The translations under genes and the position numbers were made by a program. Below, in pieces: positions 1-14,300 of a DNA stretch of 64,000 nt. Every line of letters starts with the position of its first letter. The first letter of the stretch is position 1. Origin of the DNA: Antedon mediterranea (Eukaryota > Animalia > Echinodermata); contig NC_092670.1 of NCBI RefSeq assembly GCF_964355755.1, positions 4,640,201-4,704,200 on the forward strand, written 5' to 3'. The notes below the pieces were generated by a model that saw only the letters and a list, made by a program, of their open reading frames with translations, was not told where the DNA came from and made no database searches.

Positions 1-680
1 ATGTGATATTTTTGTTTCAATTAGTTCATGAGCAGTCCCATTGTAATTAGTGTGTATGATCAATACAGACTTGCTTTATTTGCATAAAAAGGTTATGATT
101 TGGTGATGAAATAAGAATAATTTGACATGGTCCTTTTTTCTATAAAAATGCAATGATCTCATGATAAAAATACAGTATTGAAATTTGGAAACATAACAAA
201 AAATCAAGGCAAGTCATGGGTTGAAAAGGGAAATCCCCACCATTATTACAAATTAATAATAAGGCCAGAAATCAGTGAAAACAAAACATGTCAACTACTA
301 TTTTCTTAACGCATTTGTCATGATCTGACTTAATTTCTTTAAACAACAAATTGATTATGTTGCAGAACAGAAAGTTTTACATAATAGACAGTTTAGTAAT
401 TTATAAAAAAGGAAAGGATAAAAAGGAAGAAAACATCAAGTTATTAACAAAGATGTGATTTACAACATCAACACAATACCACTTGCTCTATAGATGTACT
501 GACACATTTCTTTGTAATCTGAGGCCTTGTCTTAATTGGAACAATAAATCAAAAAAACAATATGTCCTTAAGTAATAAAATAAAATCTTTGGGTATGTTG
601 AAGAAGATAAAAGATTTTCATACATTTTGTTTTGTTGTCCAGCATAAAAAATGAATGTAGCCCTACTGTACTTTATTGTA

Positions 681-817
681 AAGCTCTGTCTACAGTAATG
701 TGATAAAAAATGTGATGGACATGATGTCATATCACTATTATTATATGTGCATATCACTACCATATTTGGGTACATCACTTTTTTTTCGCATAAAGTTTGA
801 TAGTGTAGACAAGGCTT
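681..817. mobile_element. PIF/Harbinger-like MITE family A, copy 1
   Basis: TIR AGCTCTGTCTACA...TGTAGACA(A/G)GGCT; internal CACTACCATATTTGGG motif shared with five other copies. Confidence 0.75.
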
Positions 818-1027
818 GATGCATTGCTACAAAAGATCAGAAAAAAAATCAACCCACAAGATACCAGAAGGTAAACAATGAGGTCTCCTCCACCTGCTGC
901 AAGTCAATTTATGAAAGTTAAAATTAGCTATCATGGTACAATCATCAGTTGAAGTCGAACTTTAATTCTTTTTTTGTAGCCCAAACTTTGCAGAAATGGG
1001 GGTTATTAAAATTTATTATTTGGCTTC

Positions 1028-1455
1028 AACAGAAAAGCGCCCTAAATGACGTAATGAAAACAAATCCACTTTGGAGAACAAAAGCAGTTAATTTACATAC
1101 AACTGGGTAATATCAAGATGCTATTAACAGAAAAAAGGCCCTAAATGAAACAAAAGAAAGAAAAAGAATCCACTTTGGAGAAACTTCGGAGAACAAAAGC
1201 AGATAATTTACATACAACTGGGTACTATCAAGATGCTATATATTAACAGAAAAAGGCCCTAAATGAAAAAAAAATACCAATTTGGAGAAACTTTAGAGAA
1301 CAAAAGCAGATAATTTACATACTGTACAACTTGGTACTATCAGGATGCTATTAACAGAAAAAGGCCCTACAAGAAATTAAAAAAAATATCCACTTTGGAG
1401 AAACTTTGGAGAACAAAAGCAGATAATGTACACATACAACTGGGTAGTATCAAGC
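1028..1455. repeat. Imperfect tandem repeat, about 100-120-bp unit, about 4 copies
   Basis: Recurring AACAGAAAAAGGCCCTA...CACTTTGGAGAA...AAAAGCAGATAATTTACATACAACTGGGTA..ATCAAG. Confidence 0.8.
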
Positions 1456-1462
1456 AAGGTGC

Positions 1463-1600
1463 TTTTAATTATAGTACAGTTAATATACCAGTGAATTTCT
1501 ACAAAAGATAACATATTTTCCTGGATGTTTTTAATTATAGTACAGTTATACCAGTGAATTTCTACCAGTGATAACATATTTTCCTGGATGTTTTTAATTA
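1463..1600. repeat. About 66-bp tandem duplication
   Basis: TTTTAATTATAGTACAGTT...CCAGTGAATTTCTAC...GATAACATATTTTCCTGGATG x2. Confidence 0.8.
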
Positions 1601-2179
1601 CAGATAAGTGCCTAAATGAGTGAAATTTTAGTCAACTTCATTGTGTAGCTTCCTGTATGAGCATGTTTATAAGGACAATCACTTATGTTGTTGCTGATCC
1701 TTGAAATCCAATTAAGATTGTACTTTTCAATGTAAACTTTGTACACCCATTCACACTGATCTGTAACATCAACAACTTTGGGTTTTGTAGATAAATTGGT
1801 TCTTGTTTTGCTGTTTGCATTTCTTCTAAGCCATTTAACAAAATAAATAAATTACAGTTAAACAAACATTACTACAAATATAGAAAAGGAGAATTCAAAG
1901 AATTCAACATTTTCAATATAATTTGATCATTTTCAAAAATCTGAAATCTGAAAATGATAAAATAACAATTCTAATCTTCTTTTATTTTATCCAAAACTAT
2001 TCAGTGAATCTGCTGGTAATTTATGAACTACTATACTAACTGCAAGCAACTGGAACTCATCTACTGTAGGCTATTTCTGGATTCCACATCTTGTAGAGAT
2101 GTTCCCATTAAATAATCATGTCAAGTACAAAATTAATGCCGAATTAATTTAAACGAAAATACATTTTATCTGTACTTAC

Positions 2180-2300
2180 TTAAGAGTTTTGAATTTCTCT
2201 AAAATATCTTCTTCCATGGTCTCAGTCTGGTCAGATGAGAATCGGAACTCTGATATCAGTTCAGCATTATGTATATCTTCATCATAGTCACCTAGTTCAG
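2180..2300 (-). CDS. EPB41L5: EPB41L5-like coding exon 6 (FERM-M)
   Basis: CAG| (S)[39 protein letters not shown] |GTAAGT; 121 nt. Confidence 0.92.
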
Positions 2301-5300
2301 CTGTTGTTAGTAAAAAGAAATGTACTGTAAAGTGAATGACTGACAGTAAATGATAGGCCCTAGAAACCAGTATTTTACAAAAATAGAATTTTGAAAATTC
2401 TGCAATGGAAACAAAAAAACAAAGCAAAAGAAGAATTGTTTTCCGGTTTTTGAATACAATTATATTATTCCTTTTAGGATGAGGATGACAACGATTTTAG
2501 TTGTTTAGGTAGTCTATTTAAAGATGGTACACAGTCTATCCTAATAATTTATTAGAATTCACCCTCTGTACTTTACCAACACTTTATCAAAATAAATCAA
2601 AAGATAAAATAGTTCATGGTAGTGTAAACAGAATGAGCCATACAAAGGGATCTACTTGTAATGTTTACTAAATTACTCATTTATTATCAGGGGTTAACCA
2701 CAAACAAGAAACAGGCTTTACCATAAGGCACATATGAATTTCTAAAAAAGGTCAGAATATTGGAACCCCTACAACTATTTATGAACTACTCATTCACTGT
2801 CAAGGGTTGACCACAAGGTACTGGATGAATAAGAATTAAGTCAACCATGACACACTTAATATGGAATGCTAAAAGAACACTGGCTGGATATTTAAGGATT
2901 CACCAGTGATAGAGGCCCCTTGATCTTCAGCTCCAGATGTTTTTGGTCACCCTTACAAAGTTAAAGGCAAAACTAACAGTATTGTTCCTGTTGAAACAAA
3001 TGATGACATTTTCTGTTAAAATTCAAAGTAGGAGAGAGAAGAGAAAATTCTGGAAAGCTTTTTTTTTTAGTTTTCAATTCTATACTACTGTGATAGTTAG
3101 AAAATGTATCTCCTTTATGATCATCTTTTTTTTCTTATAATATTTTCAGGAAAACCCTATTTCACTTTCATATATAATAATATTAATTTCATGTTTGACC
3201 CTGACATAATCATTACTGGCCTAACCATTGCTTTTACATCTCCGGGCAATCAAAAGACCTCAGGCCAAGTATCCGAGTACAAGGTTAGGGTTAGCTCTCG
3301 TTGAGTTCACCTTTCTTCTATCTTTTAATTTCTCCTGTACTCCTATATAAATTAACATCACGTGGGGCAGAACATGCTTGAAGGCAATAGTAGAATGTGA
3401 AGGCATTCTAATGCTGTTGGAATTCACAAGCTATTTATGGTTACGATAACTGTACGCCCTGTTGTGGCGTCAGTAATTCGTTTATTCACCTTTCAGAATT
3501 GGCAACATTTTGTGGATGTTGATTTTAAGTGATCAGTAATCCAAGATGGATCTTCCGCCCATCAGCATTTATTGTGGTTTTGGAATTGATAATCCTACAG
3601 TATGTATAATCATAACAACAACATGCTTCTGGGCAATAATACCATTTGCTGTTCATTCATTGCTTAATTTTCATATCATTTTCACTTCTCAAATGTTTGG
3701 GTTTTACTGATGTTCAAATAATTCTATACATCAGTTGGAATGTTATTAATAGAAATCTAATTAATACTTTTTATAGTAAAATATTGTATTTATAAATGTC
3801 TTTGTGTAACATTTAAAAAAACAGATATTATATGGTATCATAAAAAAGGGCTATTGTCAGTTTATCCAGGTAAGCTGGGCACGAAATAGACCACCGAATA
3901 AATCAATTGTTATGTCAATACTTACATTGCACAGCAAATGCACCAAGTTCAACTGCAGTATCATATGGGGGTATCAATCTACCTTGTAAGATGTCTTGTT
4001 TTAGTTGTAAGAAAAAGAAATATCTAAGGAGACAAAATAGAAGAGATAAAAACTCTTTCTTCATCTAAAATAATACTTTGGTAAAGTGGACGTTTCTGTA
4101 CCGTTCAGTTAGGGCTATTGGTCGTATTAATATCCATGAATAATCTGTCTCCTACAGTATGGTTTGTGTTATGAAATTTTCAAATCATATGCAAGCCATA
4201 ACATGTTGAAAATTTGAATTGTAGCTCTCTTCTCAGAGAGAATAGGCCAATGTCGGTTTATCCAGGTAAGCTAGGCACGAAATAGACAACAATAGTTAGT
4301 TAGTCAGTCATTTAGCCTACAGTAGTTCAGAAGAAGAATGTTATGAAACTCAAATACATTTAGCCCATAAGTGGCCTCAGTTTACTATGCGAAAAAAATC
4401 CTAGTAGTTCATCACCACTAGCAACAAAAATATATATGTAGGGTTCTACATAATATATGTTCTGTTTATAATACAATAACAAATAGAGAAGATGGTTTGG
4501 GTCAGGTCACCCCTTTCCATCCTATTCCTATCAATATAGTAATGAGGTGAAATGAAGATTTGTAGCATGTTTACCAGCTTCACTCAACAAACAAAGCTCT
4601 TAACTATGTCACGATCCCAAACTGCTCCATATTTATTTGTTAAATAACTTCCCTCACAGATTACTATCTGCTAGATATTTCCCTGTGATAGTAGCAACCA
4701 TTTTGAAGCCAGCCGACAGAGGTACTGTAACAGTGAATTCAAGATGCCAGATTGTTGTTACCTCTGACAATTGCACTATGCAGCTATTGAGTCTAATAGT
4801 CATTCTGCATGTTTCTGAGCATGTACAGAATAATAATAATTATTATTCAGAATGCCATTTTTGACTAAAAAAAAGTTGCATATTGCTGGAACGATGAAAT
4901 GACAACCTATTTTCACTTTTTTTATTGGTTTGTGGTGTAAATCTTAAGTTGATTTACATACTCTGTCAACAAAACAATTTTAAATACAAACCTTGTTAAT
5001 TCTTCATGTAAATTGCTTGGTTCTGATGAATAAAATTTGACGCGGAATCGTAGTGTGTATGGAGGACCGACTGAAAAAAATGAAATAATAATAATATTAA
5101 TATGCATGTATAAACATATTTTTTTGGATTCTAAATATTGAAATTCTTGTTTTCATTAAAATTAAATTGGGACAAAATAGAAACATAAACCTGGCAATTT
5201 TTACTTACTTTTTACTTGTTTCTTAAGTGGCTTTGTTGGATCCAACCAATGCTGTAAGAAAATAAATAATTAATAAAATAAATACCATCAATTGAATGTA

Positions 5301-8300
5301 TTTTAGGCTTAAAGTAACTTTATCAGAATCTTTATTATTTTGTTGACCCTTGACACTAGCTGTTCCTTACTGTACACGCACCAACAAGAAAGGCCTACAT
5401 TATGCAATGGCAATGTGTGCCATGTCATGTCAAAAAGGAACCAAAAGGATAATGCTAGTGGGCCTAAGGAAAACATGTGAGGCCTTAGTCAAACATTGTT
5501 TTTTAATGCTCTCTCATAAAATAATCTTAAACCTTGATATTATCATTCGCGATGATATGGTTTTAAAAAGACTGCCGCTATCTGCATTCACCAGGTTGCT
5601 TGTACAGATGATTGACACATTAGCGGCCAACTGCTCATGATCGGTCAGACATGACTCAGGATGTTTAATGTCACAAACTAATAAGCTAAGATAATAAGAT
5701 AAGTTCCATCAGCTACTGTATAACAAGTGAATTACAATATGCCTGGATTACTCCCTGACAGCAGGAAAGTCTTAAACCAATCTTGAATATAATGCTCAAT
5801 ATTTAGCCCCTTAGCCCTCAACAAGTGGCAGCAAAAGGTCAAGCAAAACTTGGGGCATCAGAATAAAAGGTAAATCAGCAATATCTATAGCAAGTTTATT
5901 GTTGTGTTGTGAAACTATTGGAATATGCCTGCCAGCAAGTCTATTCAAAAAAGCTTTAGCTGATTTTGATAACAATTAAAACTTGATTAACTACGTACAA
6001 TTATATAATGTTGTCTTTTCAAATGGCTTAAATAATGTTCTTTTATCAAAGGGTCTACTGTGGGCACAATTGTTTATATGAATCAAAAACCATAGCATAG
6101 AAAATTAACCCCTTTATTTTAAAACCTTGTACTTTTTATTTATTTTTAACAGTACTGAAGCACTTTATGGGCCATGAAATGCAGAACACACATCCTACAG
6201 TAATGAACACAAAATGGTTAATCATTTCTGATTTCCGAATATAGTTATTATTTGCTTTATGGTTCGTTAACTACAGTATACAGTAGTTTAAACTCTTTCG
6301 TATCTTATTTGATACACATTCCGATATCTAGAATTTAGTATATAGATCAATATTTACATAACTGTGCTGTAAGTAAATGCATGGCACACTACTGTGAAGA
6401 TTTCTATCACCAGAGACCAACAAAATACTCCTTTTAAATTGTTTAGCCTTTGTGCATATTTAAAGAGAAAGATAAAATAAGTTAACAGGATTTTAGGCGA
6501 TTTATTAATTTTAATCCTATCATTTCACACCTATGTGTGAGTTATTGTTTGTATGGAGGCTTGCATTCACAGCTACTGTAGTTGAAAATACCTGCTGTGT
6601 TTACTGTTTGTGAAACTATTGTTTAAACTAAATTTACAGTAGTACAGGTCATTTAAGGACAAGGACTAACCCTTATAATTAGTGAATCACAGGTAATCAA
6701 CTCATCCAAAACTAGATACTGTACCACTGGGCCATTTTTTGTGTGTTCAGAATGTCATAGAAATTGGATCATCATCATTACATGGGAAGATACTGTAATA
6801 GGATATGAACAAATATGAAGAAATAAGGAAAGACAAGTTGAAAGAAAGTGGGGAAAAAGGAAAGAAAAGATGGAAAATACAGTAAGAAATGTGGAATAAG
6901 AAAGGAAGGAAAAGTTGGAAAATACAGTAAAGCAAGAAATGTGGAATAAGAAAGGAATAAAAAGTTGGAAAATACAGTAAAGCAAGAAATGTGGAAGAAG
7001 AAAGGAATAAAAAGTTGGAAATACAGTAAGAAATGTGGAAGAAGAAAGGAAGGAAAAGTTGGAAAATACAGTAAAGCAAGAAATGTGGAAGAAGAAAGGA
7101 ATAAAAAGTTGGAAATACAGTAAGAAATGTGGAAGAAGAAAGGAATAAAAAGTTGGAAATACAGTAAGAAATGTGGAAGAAGAAAGGAAGGAAAAGTTGG
7201 AAATACAGTAAGAAATGTGGAAGAAGAAAGGAAGGAAAAGTGGAAAATACAGTAAAGCAAGAAATGTGGAATAAGAAAGGAAGGATGAGCAAAATGATTA
7301 TAAGCTGAAAAAGAAAATCAAGAGAAGAAGGATGACTGATAAATACTTACTGCTATTTGTTCAGCATCTGTGTAGCTTAGTCCAAAATAATCTTTCTCTA
7401 CAATATCTAACGAATAAAACACTTGTTCATAGAGTTCTTCTGCTTTTGCACTTTTCTATAAAGACAAAAAATGACAGATAGAATTTATATTCTAATCACA
7501 AATTAAAACATGTAGTTAATTATGAACTAGGAAATCCTGTCCTATGGCGGTTATTCCACCACCAACCTCTCCTTCTCCCCAAATGTTTGTTTTTCTTGCA
7601 TTACAATATTCAAAAATTGACAATCTGTCATAATCTGAGTGATTCCCTACACTCGCTATTCGAGGTCCCTTTTGCGGAGGCGAAATATACCAAATTGGCA
7701 CAAAAAAAAATTGGATTTGCCAAATTTTATCCAGTAGGTGACTTACTGTACGTATGCCAAATAAAAAAAAAAAAATTGACAATGTTACAGTATCCAGTAT
7801 AAATAATAAGTAAGTACCGGTATCTGAAAAAGGTCACAGTAACACAGTACTAGTTAGAGTAATACACAAATCTGTTTTTCTGTGAATTAGATACATCTGC
7901 CCATTGCAGTATCAGTACAGTAGGCTTTTTTACATAACCCATACAACATAATGTTATACAGTATTCTATATTGAATTGACTAAACTAAATAATACATTTA
8001 GTACTACAGTGTTTAGGATGATAAAGTCAAGTCAAGTATCATTTATTATCATTTGTTTTAAGAAAAAACATAGAAATTCTGTTTGCTCTGTTGGCGGAGC
8101 ACAATATCCAACGGACACAACACGAACTCAAAAACAAAAACATTACAAAAAAGTGTCTACATTATGTTTAAGGCTTTAATAGATAAACATTCATAACAAC
8201 ACACTGTACTGTACAGTAAGTACTGTATGTAATAAATATAATAATACTGTATGTATACTGAATATACACTGTACATTCAAACCATGAACTATACACTACA

Positions 8301-11300
8301 GCAGGATTATAATTTTCATTATTCCATCATGCTTGATCAAAATACACAATGGCTGACACAACACAAGGTCTTATGATTGAATAACTAATCTCAAAAGCAA
8401 TTGTACAAACACAGCCTACAATGCTTCAACAACGCTCGTACAACACACTCGACACCAAACAGAATTCACAACAAAAACTGTTTAAACATTGCAATACTGT
8501 ACAACACTTTTTTTTTCATTTCATGCAATATATTTGTTTACAATTTTAGAAAATATTTCAGGATTGTTTCCAAATGGAACAGATCTCATTCTCAGTGAAT
8601 GGCAGCTATTAATGATCTGGGTTTTGTTGATTCTACAAACTCCCACCCTAAAACAGACGTGCTAATTTAAACTTAAGCTAAATTTTTATTGTTTGGATGG
8701 CTTACAGTTACACTACAGTACAGTATCTCGATGTTTTTTGTTGGTAATTGGGCTAAATTGCTGAAGTAAATTTGCAGACATTGTGTGGTAGTACAGTACG
8801 TAAATTAAGTAGTACTGTACCTCAACCTCATTTCAATGATGTTCAGAAGCCATTTTGATTTATATAATATCTATAAATATTCCACCCTAAACAAAGTGAA
8901 TCCAGATGGTAGTATGATTAGAATCCCAGTCAAATTCTTTTCACTGCTCACCAAAGCAGAACCAACCAAAGCTATTTACTACTACTAGGATTATACAGTA
9001 ACAGTAAATAATGTTTTCATGCTTCTGACCTTTTAACTCTACAATGTACTACAACCTGGACATGTTTAAATAGAGGGTACTAAACAATTGGAAAATCTGA
9101 TGAAAAATTCTCAACCTGTGCTACAGTAATAAATAGCATGTAAACTGGTCCTAGAGTTCTATACAACACCTTTGACCCTGAAAGAGTATGCCAACACCCA
9201 AGGCTGGCCCTAGAGTACCTCTAGCTCAACACCAGTGGCCGTATTCACCAATCTCACTTAGGCTAAGGGAAATACTTACCCTTAAAATTTAAGAATTCCC
9301 TTAACAAAGTGAAACACTTAAGGGGTATTCACAAATGAGTTAAGGGATTCACTTACCTAAGGAAAACACTTAATGTAAGGGTAAAACTTAAGGGTAAAAA
9401 TAATCATAAATATGAGTTCTCCCATTGTCCAATCACAGAGGATTTAATTCCCCTATGGTCCAATCGCTGTCCTCTCTAAAACTAATTTGCATATTTAAAA
9501 AAAGAGTAATGGGTTGGGGGACGGGGAGGATGAAGAGAAAAGTGTATGGACGATGGCAGTCAAAACAAAAAAAATAAATCAATATATAGGCATAGACTAA
9601 TTTGTATGGGTGGGGATCAGCAAAAAAAGGTCTAGATGCTACTCAAACCAAACATGAATCCTAGGCTGGTTAGTGGGCAGACCAACAGGGGTCTAGCATC
9701 TCTACCTAGCCTAGACTGGGGCCATCTACAAGTAGGCATAGTACTCGCACATACAGAATCGTCAGCACAACCAAGGTACTGAATAGTTAAGGGAACTTTT
9801 AAGGGACCTCTGAGGTCCCTTAAAAGTTAAGGGAAAAATAGACCAAGTTAAGGGTTTCCCTTAACCTTAAACCCTTTGTGAATACCACTTAAGTGAAACC
9901 CTTAATATTTTCTTGATTTAAGGGAAATCCTTAGGATTTAAGGGAAATATCTCACTTAAGTGTGATTGGTGAATACGGCCACAGGCCCTTACATTGGCCC
10001 TGGATAAGTAGGTTGAATGAGCAGCCAATCTGATGATGAGAAATGTAAACATACTGTACGATGAAAGCATCACAAAAAGGATTATTATAGATAATTTGGA
10101 ATACCTTGTCTACTACTGTACAGTACAAGTGTATGTGAAAACCTTGAATAGGCCTACATTTGGGGTACATTTTTTCTGTCATCATATCATTATACAGTAG
10201 GATATACCATATTGACGCAGGTATAAGCCAATACTCGGGTATAAGCCCATAATCGGGTAAAAGCCAACCCCCGACTTTTGACTAATTTTCATGAAAAATG
10301 AGGCACGGGTATAAAAGCCCACCCATTAATTCAAAGATCTACAGTGTGTGCTGTAATACATTATTTTGCATTTGTACAAATACAGGCATCAATATTACAG
10401 TAGTTTTACATCATTAGTATTGCTGTACAGTAGACCAGACGCAAAAAATGCTAACCACACTCTCCATGACATTGGGAGCAACTTGATGCCTAAAATGTGT
10501 GACAGCTGCTATAGCCAGTTTATAAGCTTGAAATCAATTACAACATGGGCCTATGACTCCCAATAATAATATGGCTTAAACCACAAAAAACTAACAATGT
10601 AATGGTTACAAGACTGTTCCTACAGTACATCACCTGTACTGACCATGACCTTGTAACCAATATCAAGCTTCTATTTTATTTTACTATACTGATAAAGTTA
10701 CAGTTTTACAGTACTTTATGGTTGTGTTTACAAAATTTGTAAGCACCCAAAACAAGCTGATAGCGTCAAAAAACTAGAAAAGACTCAATCTAGTTAGCTG
10801 TTTACGAAAACTGAACAGCACTGGAAACAATTTAAATGTTTGCGCAAACATAGCAGTTATGTACAATTTGCATTGAATTCTCATAAAATCTTTTTTTTCA
10901 TATCTTAAAGTTCACTACACAGTGCGTACCATGCAAATTTGCCGGGTCAAATCCTGACGGACAACCATTAAAACTTGTTAAGGAATCAATAATTCCCGGG
11001 GACGTCCTAGGATATTCAAGTTTCGTAAACGCGTACCCTATGCAACAAGGATGAATGCCACTCTGTAATTTAACCTATTCAAAAACCAAAAAAAAACCTT
11101 GGTGCATTTTAGTATACTGTACCTTACATATTTTTTAACATTAAATTATTTTCCTGCATTATTAGAGGATGGGTAAACTAAATTTTAAACAAAATGTTTC
11201 CTAGCTATTTATAGATTTATCAATTATGAATAAAAAACTGTCAAACGCAATATCTGTTTTGTTTCTTGTTTCAAGTTCGTTGTTGTTAGCTACTCTAAAG

Positions 11301-14300
11301 ACCCGAAGGCAAGCTGAAAAAGGGTTCAACCAACATGATGCCATTGTGTGAAGGAGCCATAATCTCACCATGAGCCCAACACTTTGTTCCCACAAACTTG
11401 TTAAAGCTATCAAATCAAACAATCTTGCTCTTAAACAACACATTTATATGGCCTGAAAATTATGAAAGAATGTTTAAAAAAAGCAATGCATTTAAATTAT
11501 TGAGAATTTTAGGTTCATTACGTTTGTAAAAACTTACACAAAAGCCTGTATTTTAGTCTATTATTCTGCCCACTAGCTAAATCCTAGATTATGATTCAAT
11601 CTTGGTAAATACTTTGGCTTAAATCGCTCCCAGTGTTCCGGCTATAGATCACCTTTGATACAGTTCTAAAGGTAACTGTTACTTTAGTTTTTTTTGGATT
11701 ATGTTTCAAAAAGGAAACACTAGAGTAATACCTTTTCTTTAATTACTTCCTGAATTTGTAGTCCGTGTGTACTGTATAAAAAGTCCATTATCATTGTATC
11801 AAACAAGGGTTTTCAGCATTTTAAACATTAATTAATTGTTTAACCCCCTTTCCCTATTAATAATAGGGAGATTTTGATTTGCAATGACATGGGTGAGAAC
11901 ATGCATCACAATAATAACCTCACATCACATCCTCAGTCTTCGCAAAGTTCCCCATTATAATTTTAATGTCCTCCAATTTAGTAGCCATTTTGTTGTGGCC
12001 ACAATCTTACAGTATAATCGTTCATGACTTGTGCCTGAGCATAAACTAACACTAACAGAGGAAACTAAAATAATGTGTACATCGCAGATTCTTCCTTGAG
12101 ATCAGTACAAAAACCATGAAATGATGGGTATACCCTTATAAAGGCATGGTTTGGGGATTGTACCCTTATAAAATTAGAGTTTCTTCAATTGAATTTTTTG
12201 TTTATTGTTGGTTTAAATCCAACTACCAGCCATGAAATGTACTTGAACACAAACTAAACCTACAGGTTAGTTTAATATAATACAAACAATATGTAAAATA
12301 TGACTTGTTGTTCAACTATAACTATAAATTTCTAACCAGAAAGTGATTAATTTAGGAATTGCTAATAATGAGAAAACCACTTGCCTACCGGTATGTACTG
12401 TACTGTGTGAATGCTATCATAAAAGTTTCATTGTAAATAAGGAATTGTCATTATTATATTATTAGCGGAATTCCCCTTTATTGCTCATACTGTACAATAC
12501 TGCACGGTGACATTCTTTCACATTCAATTGTGTTTGTGGTGAATAAATATCATTCTTTACCAATTTTAAATTCCGTTGAAATACTCATTTAATGCAAACT
12601 AGTGGTCGAGTGGTTAAAATACGAACCATGCTATAAATTGGTACAGGTTGAAGTCTCTCCTCGTCCATAGCTAGGTGGTAGAACAAACAGTCTGATTTGT
12701 GTGCACTAGTGCTTCTTTTGGTTAGTAAGGGGATTACCCCATTGTAATGGTCCATCCAAGTCTGGCTTATGTGCACTTTAATAGTGTTCAAACTACTGAA
12801 TTTAAAGACTATATTGTTGTATGTAAGCCATTTTTATACAAGCCCAAGGTTTGTGACTAAAATCTTCAGTTTCTAACTATTTCCAAATTAAAAATGTATT
12901 TCCATACAAAAGGCAATAAAAGGAAAAGGAAGAATTGAATTAATTGATCATAAATATCTCTGATCATATCTATTTACAAAAGAAAAAAGTAATTCAATAG
13001 AGAGATCTATTTCCTGTGCATTGTGATTTAACAAAGAAAGCCTTTATTTATGATGTTGTTTATGGCTAATCAGTTGAATAGAATAATAGAATAGTACTCA
13101 CAGTACCTGCAAAAGCTACTGAGACACTATCATTACACTTTTCTTACACAAACCGGACTTCCTGATGAAAACCGCAAATTCAGTGTTCATTTAAAATTCC
13201 AAATTCAAATGTGAAAAATTCTCTATTATTTTTAGGCATTTTTTCCCCTGACTTTTTGGACTAGCCAAGAAATAGTGAAAGTAATCAATACAGAACCATA
13301 GTAAATAATTAATTTGATAAAAACAATATCCTGGATTTATATTATATAGCGCCTACTGTAATGTTGTGAAACATTATTACCCCAGTCTTGATAGATACAA
13401 TAACAACAACAGACTGTGGAACATATTTTTTTTTATTATTTACAAAGTTACCAAATCATAGCATAGCAACTTCTATATTTTGTGTCACTTTTACAATTTT
13501 GTTTTCCAAATTAGCACATACCAACATCATATTAAATGTGTTTGCCACTATTTAACAACAAAAAGGTGGACAGAGAAGCCTATTTAAAAATCTTACTGTT
13601 TCAATTTGACATTGGACATGTTTAGTGTTTAATGTGACAGCACCAAAAGTGTTTACCATACATTTTTTAACCAAATTCTTTTCCTCTTACATCATAGTTT
13701 ACCTAGTAGTACTGACCATGCTCGCAATAAATAAAGGAAATTATCAACGAAATAAGATATGAATTTTGCCATTGGGAAGATATTCTACCTGGTGAATACC
13801 TAAAAATGTCTAGAGTTACAATACAACAGGGGCGATCCACGATCATTTGTCAGGCGATATTATTATTCGGAATATTGTATAAAATTTGTATGATGAAGCA
13901 TAAACTAATGTCCTAAAAAATAATATCATTATAATTTATTTATTCATTTATTAGTTTAATTATTGTTTTCTCTTTCAGATTGATATAACAACGGCTTGTT
14001 GATCCAGTAGCTGACTTAATAATAATAGCTGTCTAGTGAAAAACACTTGGGCTACAGTACAGTACACTTGGGCTAGTAGTACAGTACACTTGGGCTAGTA
14101 GTACAGTACACTTGGGCTAGTAGTACAGTAGCAAATATGTACAGTATATTCCTACTACATGCCAAGTGGGATAGTGACCAGTAAGTCCCATTGGTCAATA
14201 TTGCATGTTACAGTATATTTCATACCGTAGTTCTTTTATTGGTTCAGACTAAAGGGCATTACCGTTCTATGTGAATTTACTGTTACGAATTAAAAATACT

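Noticed and set aside
1-2179. Next EPB41L5 exon (expected ...LEMYGVD.H motif)
   Set aside because: Not found by eye on the minus strand; presumed to lie left of the window.
6747-7292. Three overlapping hydrophobic F/L/S-rich ORFs
   Set aside because: Translation of an intronic minisatellite, open in all three frames.
9255-9960. Telomere-like TTAAGGG repeats
   Set aside because: Non-tandem subterminal motifs inside a TIR/TSD-bounded element, not TTAGGG arrays.
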